Source: Patellaria atrata CBS 101060 (Eukaryota). Taken from it: a stretch of DNA of 64,000 bases. The notes under the pieces are model-generated. The model was not told the origin of the DNA. It did not search any database and saw nothing but the letters and a program-made list of their open reading frames with translations. Below, piece after piece: positions 61,590-64,000 of the stretch (positions within the stretch are counted from its first letter, which is position 1; every line of letters starts with the position of its first letter). Position numbers and translations under genes: made by a program. The DNA is taken from assembly GCA_010093705.1 (NCBI GenBank), contig MU006098.1, positions 758,666 to 822,665 on the forward strand. The letters are read 5' to 3'.

Positions 61590-64000
61590 GTTAAGAGAAA
61601 ATTAATCCTCTACGATGCTTTAGTAAAGAGTAAAATGCGAGGCGCAGCCCCCAAGATATTTAACCAAAAAGTTGTAGCGCGGACTGTGATGCTGATGTTA
61701 TAAACATGGGGTGAAGTACCTCTTGGAATCACACGGGTGGCCTATTTAGCTAGAGATGCTTGGTAAAAGTACAAAGCACACGGTGGGTCAAATCGGAGGT
61801 TCCAGGAAGATCAAGGAAACGTGGTGATGCGGTCAAGATTTGGATCTTCCTTCTCTTTGCTGTTGTTGTCGAAAGGTGAGGTACTAGCGAAAGACCAAGC
61901 TCATAACCCGTGCCTTGAACAACTTGAAGATCGAATTGTTCCCGGAGCTTCTGGTGGTCACAGTAAAGTATGCTGATCAACTCTGGATTTGGGTGGTCTG
62001 AAATTCGGGGGCGAAGTTCGATTATGATATAAGAATATCTCGACGGCCCCCAGATGCGCAGCAAGTGTGAACGACTGGCACCACGGTCCACGGACCCTTG
62101 TATTGCCCTATGGGGTCGCGAGACAGCACGGCCATAGTCTGGCACGAGAAAGGCGCGAGAGGAGGAGAAAGCATTGACGCTAAAGGTGACCGAACTGTAG
62201 CAGACGGTGAATCCGCGCTAGGAAATTAAGAGAGACAGTATTGCTTTGCTTTGACGAGTTAACGAGTTGGGTGCCGCCGAAGTTTGGCAAGCAGATGTAC
62301 CTCCGCCTCTTTCGCCTGCTCCGGCTGCGCAGAAGGGCAGAAGTCTACCAGATTTTGCGGTGTGTCGCCAGACTCGCCAGAGGCCACTCTAAGCCCCCAA
62401 TCTGCGCAGCTGCAGCGCTAGTCCCTCACTGGTTTCCCCCACCTGCACAAGCACCTGCAGGTAGATACGTCGACGAGTGGGACGCTTGGGTAGAGAGGAC
62501 GAATTTCGAGCATCTGTGCCATCTCTGGGCCCAAGGAACCTTGCCTATCCAATTGATGGTCCTTGGTCCAAGGGGGTTGACCACCGAGACCACCCCCCAA
62601 GAAGCCTCCCTTGACCTCAATTTGACCCCTGTTCTGCAACTTCTGCCACTTCTCTCTAGGCGGCCCGCTTGTGTAGATCCCTGGCACTCCTCCCAAATAC
62701 GACATCGGCCGGCCCTTTCGTTTCATTAACGTGGACACTCCCCTCGCCAGATCGGGGAGAAATAAGCGGACGTGGCTCTTTCGGTGGCTTTTTTGGGAGA
62801 AGAGAGTTCTTGAAGATGCAATCACCGCCAACCACAAGCCTTCAATCTTGAGGATCGTGCTTCGGGTAGAAACACTTTCACTCTTTAGTCGTGGGACTCT
62901 CCCGTCAATGGAATACAGCCAAGAGAGGTTTAACCATACTCTCGGACACCACATGAGGTTCTGATTGGATTGGCCGCCGGCACACTGTGAGCACTGTCGC
63001 TCATGTCCGGGGCATGGGCATTATTCCACTACTGGCCTTTAGGGGATCTGTCTGTGGAGGGGTAGCCGGTAGCGAAACAGGTACAGTACAAAGAAAATGC
63101 ACATTTGACTGATTTGAGTAACTACCGGTAGTATCCGTAGCATCGTAGGTTTTACTGAACCCCCCCAATAGCTAGGCGAAATGATAAGTAAGATGTTGTG
63201 TGCCTAAGGCAAAACCAATCAGTGATCTTAACCGCTTCTCCGTATGGGTTGTTGATAGGGGTCGGGCCGAAATTCGTCACAGCTTGCACCTCAAACGATC
63301 CGTTTCGTAGCGGAGGGGGGTTTGTGCTCAGTCTGGCAGATGGTGCGTTGGACAGACTGGCGGGAGAATCATCAAGATCGTTCAGTCCGAGGGTTCTGAG
63401 TGGCCGTGATGCAGAATTTTGCCAGTCTCTCTCTTGATTGTATCTGTAGCTTGGCGCTCTCACTTATTAGTCTTCCATTCACGAGCGAATTAGTCCAAGT
63501 GTTAGCAAAGGCGGTGGAATGTAGGGTACCAAGACTTATGGAATTTTCTCTAACCCCTGGATGGAACCCTCATATCACCAAATTTACCTCATTTAGACTG
63601 AAGCCAAACCCTTTTGAGCGTACCGTTGCAGCATGCAAGCCTTAACCATGCGGCTTTGCAACGCACCGCCTCTGTTGTCACCGACTCGACTTTTCTCTTC
63701 CTTTTTTGCACATGATGCAGTGGAGGGATGTTAAATGTGTCTTTCATTCTATCCCTTTCTCCACCGACTGTCGTCACCGATTCCTCATAACAGTGATTTC
63801 AACGTGTGCTCATGTCCATGTCGTTATTGTTAGAGTCCAGTATCCTTCACCGTACAAAGGCTCGCACCGAAGTTAGGCTCCTGCAAGGGGTTTCACAACA
63901 CCATACACCCTCAATGAAAGGTCTATTAGATGCTTTTATTTTTGCAATTGCTCCAATCGATAGATGATACGTTGGATGCATGTTGATATAACCACCCGCG

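Noticed and set aside
61750..62964. ORFs of 130-180 aa upstream of the C2H2 gene
   Set aside because: No motifs and overlapping on both strands; more likely the long 5' UTR and promoter of the transcription factor.

Overview
Eukaryotic DNA from a filamentous ascomycete (Pezizomycotina-like): short GT-AG introns with CTRAY branch sites and fungal gene families. Positions 0.5-15.9 kb hold a compact secondary-metabolite cluster: a highly reducing PKS (KS-AT-DH-cMT-ER0-KR-ACP), a divergent SDR, a class B flavin monooxygenase and a LovC-type trans-enoyl reductase. A BTB pseudogene follows, then a housekeeping block: small acidic protein, BTB protein, pantothenate kinase, telobox Myb protein, Gdt1 and a secreted class II peroxidase. 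A stretch of decayed ORFs lies at about 35-40 kb. At 40.9-44.6 kb (minus strand) is the most unusual element, largely missed by the ORF track: a secreted Cys-domain/Thr-rich protein gene that I parse by eye into 25 exons. All 24 introns are phase 1 and all 23 internal exons are multiples of 3 (9-426 nt), including nine consecutive 27-nt micro-exons at about 80-nt spacing. The rest holds a divergent HSDL2-like SDR / kappa-GST pair, a Myb-like protein, an Ap4A phosphorylase and an NsdC-like C2H2 transcription factor with two in-frame alternative donors. All exon boundaries were read manually and need RNA evidence.
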